Program-made: the position numbers and the translations under genes
Part shown: positions 38,382 to 50,911 of the stretch, piece after piece
How the letters are laid out: every line of letters starts with the position of its first letter
Position numbering within the stretch: the first letter of the stretch is position 1
Source: Rhizodiscina lignyota
Taxonomy: Eukaryota
Length of the DNA: 64,000 nt
Reading direction: 5' to 3'
Assembly: GCA_010015805.1 (NCBI GenBank)
Contig: ML978144.1
Span: forward strand, 1-64,000
The notes under the pieces: model-generated
Database searches by the model: none
What the model was told of the DNA's origin: nothing
Seen by the model: only the letters and a program-made list of their open reading frames with translations

Positions 38382-41300
38382 ATTCTCATCGGCAAATGAA
38401 ATATAAACAAGTTGGGGGAGGGGAAACTATTTTCTCTGGCCTATACACTAATTAGTTAATACTTCTTTGATCCTGTGAAGACGAAATTTCGAAAACAACT
38501 GGGTTTTGTGTAAACAAAAGCGAACTTTTTCAGAGACGACTCGTCAGTATCGGAGAACTTTCAAACATGCGGTAAGCTAGAATACTCATCCAATCATCTC
38601 GTCCTCCTCATCTAAGATGTTAACGCTTGTTCTCACAGCCAGGGTTGCCACTGATGCGGCTGCTGTCGAACACTGCGCATTTAGCCTTGGCAAGATGTGT
38701 AGTTGTAGTTGTTGTAAGTCTTGCCAAATGGGATCAGCCCGCTGGATATTGAGGCATAGGACGGCGACGGTGGATAATCATCGTCAGCCGAACTGTGGTT
38801 CTAGTTTCCGCTCGTCGAAGCGCCAATAAGTGTAGCTTTTCGGGAGGTGACGGGCGAGTGTGAGCCGCTGAGACTGCTCCGGATAGTGCACTTTGCAGTT
38901 CCCGCAACGCAGCAATTCATGATGACGACCGTATCGCATTGGCGTTCTGATAGCGTGTCCTAGACTGCATGGAAATGTACTTCGCCCCCCTTAGGGCTGG
39001 GACCATCGGCACAGTAAGTAAGGTGTCCTTCTCGCTTCAGGTAATGAATATGGTTACTCACCAGCACCAGAGCAGTTTATGTCTTGGCTTTCCCGCCTTC
39101 AGTTTTGTAACGGCCACCATGGCCGCCAAAAAACAATACAGAGAGTTTTCGACGCCCACAGGTATGCGAGCTTATCCATCAGGCGTCCCTTCGCGCAAAG
39201 TTCTCCGGCTCATGTTTTATTCTCTCATGAGAGCACACGGCGATCTTACTTCATGTCCGCAGTCTCTCCAGACGACGTCGCCTAGCTGACGGATAGCATT
39301 GACATCCTCTCGACCAGAATCGCGGAAATAAAATTAGTTCCAAGTCACTTTGCCGTAGCGGAATTCAGAGCGAGAAAAGAGATCCTCCAAATCCGAATAT
39401 TCCCACGTCCTGAGTGCCTAGCAGAAGGCGATAATTCTTGTTGTTAATTCGGTGTCGTAACAAATCTGTTCGGTATCAGAAATGTTAGTGGTTGAGAATG
39501 TGTGACGATGATCTGAATGGATTTTAGATATCAGTACTCACGAGCTTTTATAAAGTACCCCCTCTGTATGCAACTATAACTTAGACAGACACGAACCACT
39601 CCGTTCTTTATGTCTGTGTCTCGCAAAGTCTTACCAGCTCGCTCGCAATAGAGACTTCGGGCACTGAGTGAAGAAATTTGAAGCCTGTCTTGAAAAGGGG
39701 AAGAATAATAAGGCGGAACATAGCGCAAACTGATCCATAGATACCAGAATACAGTGTGTCCAATATATATTGGCGTAAGAGCAGAAAGAAAGGCACGAAA
39801 GAAACCGTGAATGAAGTGAGAAAATCTCAGATCCGGGAGAGACATCAGCGCACGCGGTCTCATGGCAATGGGCACCGCCCGTTCGCACCGCAGGGAGACC
39901 GAGACACGTTGTTACAGTGGCTTGGGCGGGTCGAAAACAAGCGAAATACACTGCCAAATCAAGTTTCAGACATTTCCTCACAAGGGACTTGGACAAGCCG
40001 GTGCGCCGCTGCAAAGCCAGGCGGCGACTCTAAAAGAGACCTTTGTAACGCGATGTGAGTGGTTCAGAAACAATGTGGAATTCTAGTACTAAGGTTCTAA
40101 GACACAGAGTCGGTATCAAGATGGCATCATTCATGAATCGACTATAGAATTGATTTCACTTAGCTGTGTCCTAAAGTCGCCGAGCCCACTGAGCCGCTCA
40201 ATCATTAATCGTGATTCGTGCTTACAGCGACGGCTGAGAGCCGTACGGGCTGAGGTCGCTGGCCCTCCAGGGGGAACACCACTTATTGTGGTTCCTCGTC
40301 GTGCTGCCATGCTAAGAACGGACAATGTTCTGGAAGTAGGAAGATGAGTAGAGCTAGACATGTCATGTCTTTGGTGGAGTGACTCCCAAGGGAATCATCA
40401 GAGGGTATGATGTGCTTCCATGCCATTCCAATTTCCAATTTTCAATGTTGCACAGGGGGTGAGAGACAGGAAGACCCAGGAATCTTCGTTAAAGTGAGGC
40501 TGCCTAACGGTCCTGACTAAGGGACTCAATGCGGAAGTCCAAGTATCAGAGTGTATGAAGTTGGTAGATAGATATAACGTCCAACCAGAATGGGCAAGTG
40601 GTGTGGCATGCAGTGGGTCTAGATGTCAGCACTTTAAATTTCGATTTATCGGCAGACAAACGATCGCAGCATCACAATGCCTGCATACTGGCGCGATTCA
40701 CACACATCTTAGGCCGCAATCCGTACTCAGCCGCTCTCCTAGCAAAAGGGCCTTTTGCCGCACGTCCTACAAGCGAGCCGCGCGCGGGACATGCGGCGCT
40801 TACGACGATCGGAGGGATGTTGATGTTGCTGAGCTGAATTCGGCCCGCTCCTCTATAAGCTGAGCTCTCTGGACGCATTGGCCGGCCCGGGAGATGATGT
40901 CTATGGTTTGGGTTGCGGAATGATCGCCTCGAGACGGCGATCAGGCATAGTGACTCGGGTTCGCGCGGCTGACAAGCCGATTTGCGGGCTCGTCGCTTAA
41001 CATATTTGCAATTCGCGCTGAGTGTTTGGCATGTCGGAGCGATCTCCCATAAAGGGACGGTTGGAACGGGACGAGCAGCTGCGGTGCAGAAGTGTTAAGG
41101 CATCAATGGATGACTCGCGCGATGCATCGGGATCGGCCAATGTCCAGATTGGGATCACTGAGTCGCGAGCGAGAGAAGAGCTGGAAGCAATGGTTTGGCG
41201 CGAAGAAGAGCGAGCTGACTCGTCCAGTAGGTATGTTTCAGATGCGTATACCGGGGGGAATGCAGGGCCAGGAACTCACGAAAGAATCTTGCTGCCGTGA

Positions 41301-44300
41301 TGATCGCAGTGGGCTCGGTCGGGAGGAGAGACAATTGACTAAGAGTGGGTTCGAGAGCATGTTCATGATGTAAGCTCCAAACTGCGGTGACGGAGATATT
41401 CCAGAAGCCTGTGAAACAGGGTGGTGCGGTTGGACGACTGAAGCAGAGGAAGAAACTCGTCGTAGTTGAATGTTTACGATTTCGAACAGAATCAGGTGAG
41501 GTATCGTGGACGCCAAGGACGGATGGCAGATGACAGTTGACATGGCGTTGCTCCCACGGAAGGAGCTGCATGACCTGATTAGCCCGCGGGGAGATTTCAC
41601 CAAAGTGCGTCCAGCAGGATTGGCCTCGGACGACCCCGCAAGTCAAAAGTTGAGAAGGACAGGAAGGTCTTTACGGTCTATATTCAACTGTGGAGCTACT
41701 GTGGAGCAGTTGGCATTGTGAGTAGTTAGTCAAACGACGAAGCTGCGAGTTTGGTCGGGATGTTCCTGAATACCTCGTCTACTTGGCAGTTGGTATACAC
41801 ATCCGTCACCTCGCGGAACGGGTGGAGATGCGAAGTCGGAACCGCTTCTGGAACACCCCCGATGTAAGCGATTGGACATATACATCGCGCAGTTTTTAGG
41901 GTCTAGTGTTTCTTAATGCGAATACGGGGATTGTGGATATCGAAGGAGGGGTATATGTCCATCGTTGTAACGGTTGAGGCATCGAGCTCGAGCCCTACGA
42001 GGCTCAAAGGACCGTTTGGACACGACTAAGTAAGGTTCCACTGCTCTCGCAATCGCCCTGCAGGGTGAGGGCAGTCTGATGCTGGTGATAGAACACGTGC
42101 TGGAAAAGTCAATGGGGATTAAGGTTCTAACGGTCTCTAGCGTCAGGGAATAGTAAGCCAAGAACGTTCAGGCAGAAAGAAACATTTGACGGGCCAAAGC
42201 TGTCCATTGGGTGTAATATGACTGCGGGAGCGGCCGCTCTGCCATAATCATTGAAGAATTTGTTTTTGGCCGTGCAGTGTGATCCCATGCCCCAAGAGTT
42301 TCAAGAATCTGCTGGAAAAGGTGAAGTGGTCAGGTAGTAGAGTCAGGACAGGAGGAAAGCCAAGCTCAGGAACGACTCAGCTAGGCTCAATTTACAGCGA
42401 GTCATCACTTCCTTGCTGTGATCCTTCGCATTCAGGATGCCCTTCCACCGATTGCGCGAAATGATTCTCGAAATCTGAAAAGCGCAAGGTACCTCGCACG
42501 ATCCACAGCTAATGCACAGGCACCCTGGTGGTCCTGGAGTGAACATTTGCGGCAAAGCGTGATTCAAGTGTGCATTTTGCAGCACTGCAGCCGGGGAGGA
42601 ACAGCTGCGAACTGCTCCGTAAAAGGCAAGACGCCAAGCCACCTGCAGAGCACGAGCTGCCGATTTGATAGAGGAGAGAAGACATGGAGGAGGAAAGGAG
42701 ATATTGTTGGACAGATGGTAGATTCTCACCGTTGCGCCTGCGAGATTTCGATGGCGCAGTTGCGGGAAGATGTTTTAGCCTGACGACAGGTGCAGCTGTT
42801 TTCTGCGTCTCGCTATCCACTGCGCATGCCTCTGTCGTTTCTGAAACGCTGCCAGACTGCTCATGCAGCACGAAGGAAGTTTCCTTGATTGGACGAAGAG
42901 AGAGCAAGTACGGCAATAACGCGTGGATTGCAACAGCGTCAGATTCAATCATTCTCCACTTCCGGCGTGATGGCTGATGAGGAGTGGATGGAAATGGAGA
43001 TGTTCGGGGCCCCTGTCCAGCTATTCTGACCGCCTGGGTGAGGCGTTCGACAACCCTGACAGCCCATGTGGTGGCTGGCAGCTCCGCAAGCACCCACGTT
43101 CTGATCAGAAAATGATGTGATTTGCAAGGCACTTTTTGCAACTGAACCTCGTCGTCATCACGATAAGGACAAGGACGTCAGTCGCCGCCTAAGGGCTCGG
43201 AAGTGATGTCCTTTTCGGTAGGGCAGCAATGGATCAGCATGCGAAACGCAGCATGCCCAATTACGAGTCTGATTGGCAACTATTGTCCAGTAGCGTAGCT
43301 TCGGAGAGAAAAGTACATGAGTATCACCAGGGCACCGTGAGCTAGTAAGGCGATCCCCCAGAACCGTTGGAGTTGGGCCAGGAACAGCTTTGGACGCTCC
43401 AGCAAGGCCGCACCATCGCTCATCGAGTCATTGTGACCTCTCTCTGCAGCACGCGTGCGTTGAGCGTTAGAGATTCGAAGCAACGCCTTGCCATGTTCCT
43501 GCGATCTGCTCGTCCGCAAGCAGCTCGAGCACCCTGCATCCGGGCCCTCTGGCAGCAGGAGGGTGATGAGCAAGAGGGCAAGGCCTGGAGCGACGTCGGA
43601 CACGCCTCCGCATGTCTCGCCGCCAAGTCCGCTTTTGGGATGGGCCGACGTGATCCGCAAACTGCTGGAGCAGACTCCACAAAGACAGATATGCGCGTGG
43701 ATGGCGTATACGCGCCACTGTCAGCCATGGCGAGTCTGCTCTGGCCGTATCGCCCACTCATTTCGGGGTGGAGGTCGAGAGCGGCGTGCTCGTGTCACTA
43801 GTCGTCGGCGCAGTAGGGCCGGTATGGGAATCGGGGAATGGCAGGGCACTAGAGCAATCCGACCTCGTTCGCCTTGAGTTGGAGAGACCCCGGCGAGGGC
43901 AGAGCAGTGCACTTTGCCCTCTTCATCCGTAGCGGTAGTCCGGAACGCAAGGCCGGAGCAGGCATGCCTGCGCTCGAGGCTAGCCCCATCAACGACATGC
44001 AGCTGCAGCCGCTCGCAAGCGCAGAAAGGAGGAGAGACAATGGAACCGGCGCACAGACGTCTCCTCACGCGCAGAGCGGACGGTGTAGCTGTGGAGGTGG
44101 AGGTGGAGATGATGGACCAGAAGCAAGTGCGCGCCGTTCTTTGCTTGATTCGTGCTCGCAAGCATGTACTCGTGTGCATAGTGGGCAGCAGAGACAGCAG
44201 CAGAGACAGCGCGCGTGCTTCGCAGATGGAGGAGCATTAGCAGCGATATAGCGGGCAGCGCGCCAGGAGGCGCATCCAGGGCGATGTGTGCAAGGGCAGG

Positions 44301-44350
44301 CAGGCGGCGATAGGAGGGGAGTACAGGCAGCTAGCGGTGGGGAGGAGCTG

Positions 44351-44384
44351 GGCACACAGTAGGCACACAGTAGGCACACAGTAG
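44351..44384. repeat. Perfect tandem repeat 3 x GGCACACAGTA
   Basis: ggcacacagta ggcacacagta ggcacacagta g. Confidence 0.9.
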
Positions 44385-44608
44385 AGCAATCCTCTCCGCC
44401 ACGCGGTGAGAGCGTGTCAGTGGGAGGGGACGATAGCAGAGGCACATATAGCTGGCGAGCCCATGCTTCGATCCGCCTTCCGCGAGATATCGACAACTGC
44501 GCCTGCGCCTGCCAATCACCGGCGGGCAGTCACTTCACTGCACTTGCACTTGCCCTACACTGCATTGCACCTGCTGCGCTCGCACGGGGCCGATTGATCT
44601 GCTCGACT

Positions 44609-44635
44609 CCCATCCCATCCATCCCATCCCATCCC
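44609..44635. repeat. (CCATC)n-type microsatellite
   Basis: cccatcccatccatcccatcccatccc. Confidence 0.8.
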
Positions 44636-45569
44636 AATTGGAAGGCCCCGCGCTCTCACCACGCTCGTTCATCGCTTCACGCTGCTAGCCAGGGCCTTGC
44701 CGGCTCCGCGCGCTGCCTAGTCGTCTTGCCGCCGTCGCTCGGGTTGGAGACAGCTCCAACGCTTCCCGCAACGCTTGACTTGCACAGCAGGGTCATCCCT
44801 CTTAACGTAACGGCCCGACTGCGCAGCTGGACCTCAAAATCACCTCACCCCCTCCTCAGCGCTCGCCTCGCACAGTACAGATTACTTCTGGCTACCGTAC
44901 ACGCACTCTCCCCGGCCCCGTCACCTGTGTCAGTGTGTGCCGCTCGCGCCCGCCAGTTCACGCGCTGCCGTTGCGCTGCTCACCCCCACTCGGGCAGCAT
45001 GACAATCGGCCACTATTGAAACAACCAATACCCTGCTCCGCTCGAAGCAGCGGCCGTACATTTACCAGCCCCAACTCGCCTCGCCTACAATATTGTGTGA
45101 TACCGGCTGGATACACTCGACTTCGCCTCTGCCCGATTTGACCGTCCGGCTCTGCTGCAGGAACCGGACCCTCGCCGACCAGCATTTCGCCGAAGCGAGA
45201 GCTCGTGCGCGTGCCGGATGTCACAGGTTTATCACGTCCAGTCCAAGCGATTTCGCAGCTTTCTCGCAGCTTTCCGCGTCATTCACTCACGTACCCAAGC
45301 CGTACCCTCTCCAAGCCACCAAGTGCCTGCTGCACATAATTGGCCGGGCTCCCAGCAAGCCATCGTTGCCTTGCAGCACGCCCGCCTCAAACACAACACC
45401 TCCCGCTAGCTCTTCTCTTCCGCCTTACACCAATTGAACCTCCACATCCTGGACAACTATCGACCGCACCTTCAATTAAGTCCAGGCAAAAACCGTCGTC
45501 GACTTCGAATGCTGTTGCCCAGAAGTACCTCTCACCGCTTTACTACTGCATGCGTGGCGTCCTGCAAAC

Positions 45570-47269
45570 ATGCCTCTACGCGGTAGTACCGATCTCGACT
45601 ACACCTGGTACGGCGTGCTTGTTACCGACTGTGATGCCCTCCTCGTGCTGGAAAAGTGCTTGAAGGTGAAAACCTTTTTCATCTGTTTGGGGGCACTCTG
45701 TTACTAAATTAGTCCTAGGGTGAACTGGCTCATATTCCTCGACGGCCACACGATTCTGAGAGAACTAGGCTGATTAAGAGCGGATCGATCTTTGTCTACG
45801 AGTCAAATGCATCTGGCATCAAACGATGGACGGACGGCATCAACTGGAGCCCAAGTAGGATCCTAACCAACTTTCTCGTCTATCATGAACTGGAAAAGGC
45901 ACCACCACCTGGAGAGAAGAAGCGTGCAATCAAACGAAAGCGATCTGAGACCGAATTTGACGACCAAGATCCGAAAACGGCGCAGAGGACTTTGATCGAG
46001 GAGGAGTGGACTGACGACGACCGCCGATTGATGGGCTCCCCCCAGGACAACTACGGCTGGAAAGCTGGCGGCCTGGTCAAGAAAACCTACTCATTCGATT
46101 TCCGAGGTGCTTCTCACCACATCATCTCCTACTTCAATCCTGAAGATGTTCGATCTGGAGATCTGAAGCGTCCAATTCATTGCAAGACGTTCCAGGAGAC
46201 CTTCATTCGCCCAGAACTCATCGAACAGGGTGCTCGCTCGAGGAATCCGATCACAGAGGCTCAGATCGAACAGCAACGATGGGAGCGACCGTTGTACCAG
46301 AATGACTCCCCTGTGTCATTGATGCGGCAGTTTCCAGTCTCGCAGGGCATCTCGTACCCTGCCACAGGTCAGATAGTGGACTACACCTCATCTTCACACA
46401 AGCAGACGTTTTCGCAGTCTCACGCTCCTATGCACAGGCCTTCCATCCATTTCCCAGCAGATGAGAGCATGTACCAATCAGCCACGACCGGCTATCAGCA
46501 GCCGATGGGCCAAGGCCCTATGCATGCACGACATGCATCGATTTCAGGCTCTATCAACGAGGGCTTCCAGAGACCGCAGCTTCAAGATGGCCTTGCGCGA
46601 ATAACGATTCCAATCGATGCTGCCTCTGAGAGCTCCTACCAGACGCCAACATCGGCAATTCAACGTGCCCGTGGTCATCCTTCTGTCAACCACAGTCCTA
46701 TTGACTTGAAGTCGGCTTCTGTTTTCGAGGAGGATGAACCAACTGAGCCGTCGTACGCACCGATTACGCATGCGCGCCCCGAATACTCGCTTGTCACTTC
46801 TGCACCGCACGGCATGCCATCCGTAGACGCGTCCTACTCACATGCAATCACTCGACCTCTGTATCATGCTCCGCACACGACTTCGCATATTCACGAGACT
46901 CACGCATATTACGCTCCATCGCACATGCCGGGCCCTCCCCCGGCGAAGAAAGGCCGCATCGAAACTTCGTATCAAAACCCGAACTTTACTACTCCTTCCT
47001 GGGAACGTTCAATATCTGCGCCGGTGGCAGGAGCTGGCATTTCAGTCGCGCAGCATGACCAGGCAGGTCTTGCTGTTCATGTAGCACCATTCGAAGCGAT
47101 GTCCTTCCCTCACGGTACAGCTGGCTTCCCCGCAGGCCATGGCTACGCATACTCCTACGCACCGGACCATGTACCATATGGCGATATGGGCGCGGATTTC
47201 GGCGCAACGCAAGCACCTGGCATGTACAATATCCAGGGTTTCTCGCCGCAACTTGCCGCACCTAGTTGA
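45570..47269 (+). CDS. Gti1/Pac2 family WOPR-box transcription factor (Wor1/Ryp1/Sge1-like)
   Basis: Exon 1 MPLRGSTDLDYTWYGVLVTDCDALLVLEKCLK, intron 45666-45718, then IPRRPHDSER..IKSGSIFVY...GIKRWTDGINWSPSRILTNFLVY (WOPRa) and GLVKKTYS...HHIISYF (WOPRb). Confidence 0.92.
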
Positions 47270-49235
47270 CTGGGAGGTGGCGTCTACGCATTACAACGAG
47301 GCTACAGCAATGTCCAACGTCAACCTTCTCATCCACCAAACGCGCAGCATCCACCTTCTCACCCACCTTCTCACCCCCTGCGTTACTAATCCTAAAAGTT
47401 GTCTAATACTCGCGATTCTGTCTTCGATCTTTCACGAATCTCCTTCTTGGATCGAACCTGATCCATATACCCTTGCTCACACTACTCGGCGGTCCTGATA
47501 CCCCCTTCCTCTTCTTCGAATCGAATCTTCAGCGTGCGTCAAGCTTTGTCTGCTATACTGGGTGGAATGCGTCGGCGGAGTTATCTATGGGGCTCAAGTG
47601 CAGCTTGGGCGGAGGCGTCTGTGTCCGCAATTGCTGCGGTTGTATGTGGGAACGAAGCATCATGGCTCGAATTGGGTGGATCTCTGCTTTACAGCGCTCT
47701 GCTCTCTGGGACGGGTTAGTTGCTTGATTTGCTCTGCGAAAAGTGGGGTTGCGAACATTGGTCTGTCCTTTCCTCGACGCGAATACACGTTCGCTCGCTG
47801 AGCTCGCACCCCAAAAGAAATGTATAATATAAAGATCAATATGAGCGAGATTGAGTGAAAAACTTCAGTCGTCACGGGTGCTACCTGGGTACTTGCGCAA
47901 TATGATCGTCCCTGATCCTGGTAGCGTCTCGGGCAGCAAGCGCAAGGTCACGTCACCCCCTTTTCTCGACGTTCGCTTCACGCGCACACTGTGCAGCGAA
48001 CTGCTCGGCCTCTTCCAGAACGCATGCTTATGGGATAGATGGGAAGGCTTCAAACGCGCCACCAACTTTTGACGTGTTGCGCGGAAAGCTTATTGTATGC
48101 AGGCTGCGGACCCCAATGCCGCTGACTCGACGGGCTCTCCATCCACCGTTTGGAAGGGTGAGGCGTCTACCTTCAGGCGCGGCCCGATGCGTCCCACACT
48201 TTCCCATGATCATCTCACCTTTGCCCCGTTTGCGCCCTCTTCCGCGCCATATACACGTCGCGGCGTGTGCGTGGGGTGCGCGGCGAAGGGGGTTGTGCTG
48301 ACGTTGTGCAGCGCATCGCGCCCAACTCCAAGAGCATCAGAAACAGACGCGGCGGCGCCAGGAATGCGCGAGCGCCCGGCGACAAGGCGAGACGAGGCTG
48401 GAGGATGGGCTGCTGCACGATACTGACGTCGGGTTGAGAGGAGCGACGATGGCGGTGCCTGGCAGATGCGACAGATGCTCCATGGCAGGCGGCGGTCGAG
48501 CACTTAAACTTTTGCGCTGCTGCAGGAGGCGCACATTGCGTCTTTCATGAAACATCTGCCATGGCCGTCGCAGCACGTGCAGCCGGGAAGCTTAGTCTGC
48601 TCGACATGCCTTACTTAGCAGCTGCCGCACGTGGCCGCTCGACGATCGCGCCGCTGGACATGACTCTCGCTGCTCGCTCTTAAGCGTCTCGCGCCCCGCT
48701 GGCGCTAGAAGCGCGACGGAAGGTTGGAAGCGGGCGGCACACCTCTTCGCAACGTCGCGCGCCCGCTACGCGACTCGGCAGCACCACTGGCAATTTCTTT
48801 TCTTTTTCCCACGCCTGCGGATTGCTGGTGGGCGACTTTTGCGGAGGTGGCGCTGGCCGGCTTCGTTAGTGCCAGCCGCGTTGCGCGATTCTGCTCCCGA
48901 GATTCCGGGGGCGAGATTGGGACGGCGCGTTTTGCGATCTCAAGGGCCGCGGCGAATCAGGTGTGCGCGCGAACGAGGGGTGAGCAAGAGGCGTCATTTC
49001 TCGGTCTATGGGCATTGCCATCCATTGCGCCTTCTACCGCCCGCCAGACATATTCCCGCACCAACTCCGCTATCAACTGTTTCCGCCGGAAATGGGCATG
49101 GCGCGGCAGCGCTTCGAATTCTGACTCGCGCCTCCCATCCCACCTGCTAGAGCACCCAATGAGCGAGGAGTGACGAAGCACTCGCATGCGGAGATCAACC
49201 AGGCTCGTATCAATCGGGGCTTCCTCAAGAAGAGC

Positions 49236-50384
49236 ATGGATATCGACGCCGCGCTGGACGAAGATGCCGGCCACGGCGGTGCCGACTTGTCGGCAAGCCG
49301 AGACCCGGCAGCGAAGCTGATGCTCCCGTTGACGTGCGAGCCGCCGAACGAGCAGAACCCGCCGACGCAGAAGGTGTGGATTGTCTTTGGAGCTACTGGG
49401 CACATGGGACGCGCTCTCGTGCGCAGCGCACTCACGCATGGAGACAGGGTGACGGCCGTGGGCTGGACGCAGGAGCACGGCAGGGAAGAGCTGAGCAAGT
49501 GGCAGGGCAAGAACGTGCAGTGGATGCTCTGCGACGTGCGCATCCGCGAGAGCGTCGAGAAAGTGATCAGGGAGAGCGTCGAGCGCTGGGGCCGCGTCGA
49601 CGTGATAGCGAACTGCGTCGGCTTCGGCGTCATCGGCGCGTGCGAGGACCAGGACGAGTGCGAGCTGCGCAACCAGTTCGACGTCAACTTCTTCGGCACC
49701 CTGCACATCATCCAGCTGTCTCTGCCCTACTTCCGCGCGCGGCAAGCCGGCCGCTACCTCATCTTCAGCAGCACGTCTGGCGCGCTCGGCGTGCCCGGCC
49801 TGGGCCCCTACTGCGCGACAAAGTATGCCGTGGAGGGCCTCATCGAGAGCATGCTCTACGAGGTCGACTGCTACAACATCAAAGCCTCGCTCGTCGAGCC
49901 GGGCCACGTACGCCGCGACGAGCCGGAGCCGCCGGCGGGCGAGGTGCGCAGCCCGGGCGACCACGCGATCCAGCTCGCGCCCCTGCCCAAGCGCTTCCAG
50001 CAGTTCAAAGTCAAGGCCGCGAGCCCGCCGTATGCAGGCGCGAACGCGCCGGCCGGGCACGCGAAGCGCATGCTGCAGTGGCTGAACGACCGGCAGCCGA
50101 CGAGCGCGGTGAAGAGCGCGGAGCTGGTGTGGCAGCTGGGCCACTGCAGCTATCCGCCCCTGAGGCTGCTGCTGGGCAGCTTTGCGGTCGAGAGCATCAG
50201 GGATCGCCTGCGGAGCATCACGGAGGAGATCGAGGACTGGAAGCATCTGCACTTTCCCGCGGAGCTTGGAGGCAGGTCGGATGGGCATGAGCTGGAAGAG
50301 TCTGGGGGAGGGATGGATGAGGGCGGGAGGGAAGAGGAAGATGAAGGAGAGCAGGATGAGGAGATGAAAGAGGAAGGGGATTGA
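49236..50384 (+). CDS. Short-chain dehydrogenase/reductase (SDR)
   Basis: VWIVFGATGHMGRAL, GRVDVIAN, FDVNFFG, catalytic S and YCATKYA; very high GC3; start codon uncertain (first in-frame ATG used). Confidence 0.9.
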   Translation: MDIDAALDEDAGHGGADLSASRDPAAKLMLPLTCEPPNEQNPPTQKVWIVFGATGHMGRALVRSALTHGDRVTAVGWTQEHGREELSKWQGKNVQWMLCDVRIRESVEKVIRESVERWGRVDVIANCVGFGVIGACEDQDECELRNQFDVNFFGTLHIIQLSLPYFRARQAGRYLIFSSTSGALGVPGLGPYCATKYAVEGLIESMLYEVDCYNIKASLVEPGHVRRDEPEPPAGEVRSPGDHAIQLAPLPKRFQQFKVKAASPPYAGANAPAGHAKRMLQWLNDRQPTSAVKSAELVWQLGHCSYPPLRLLLGSFAVESIRDRLRSITEEIEDWKHLHFPAELGGRSDGHELEESGGGMDEGGREEEDEGEQDEEMKEEGD

Positions 50385-50911
50385 ATGTCTCTCTGGTCTA
50401 CGCAGGTGCTAGTTCCTCGTGAGTACATAACGCTATGAGGCCCAAAAGAGCGGCTCTTTTCTGCGCCAATCCGAAGCAAATCTTCCGAATCAGGCCTAAC
50501 AAACCACTCCCCAATAACCTTGAATGTAAACTCACCAATAGATGGAAGCTTCTTAGAAGTGCTAAAGGGAACTGATATATATTGACTCTGTAGGTGTTGG
50601 TTCGCGGGAAACCACTTCCTCTTGGCAGACATATTGAACACTCTACAATTTCCATTTCCAAATATCTATGTACCTCCCTAGACATTGAAATTCCTTAATC
50701 TGTCTATATGGTTGGCTGCCTCAGCCTTGGGACAACCCCGGTCACTACTTCCAAATTCGATCTAGCGCGTCCACCGAGAACATCGTGCCACATCGCTCAG
50801 CCTCGTCCAATCCACCTTGAACCTCACTGCCTTGGTCCTGCGTTCAAATATAATCCATCATGCAAACAATCTCTTTCCGTCTGTCATCCGCATTCTCAGC
50901 CATCCTCGACT

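Noticed and set aside
43280..45440. Many overlapping 60-200 aa ORFs
   Set aside because: Low-complexity Arg/Ala/Pro-rich translations typical of GC-rich non-coding DNA
48957..50290. 443-aa antisense and 318-aa alternate-frame ORFs over the SDR
   Set aside because: Explained by extreme GC3 bias removing stop codons; no motifs
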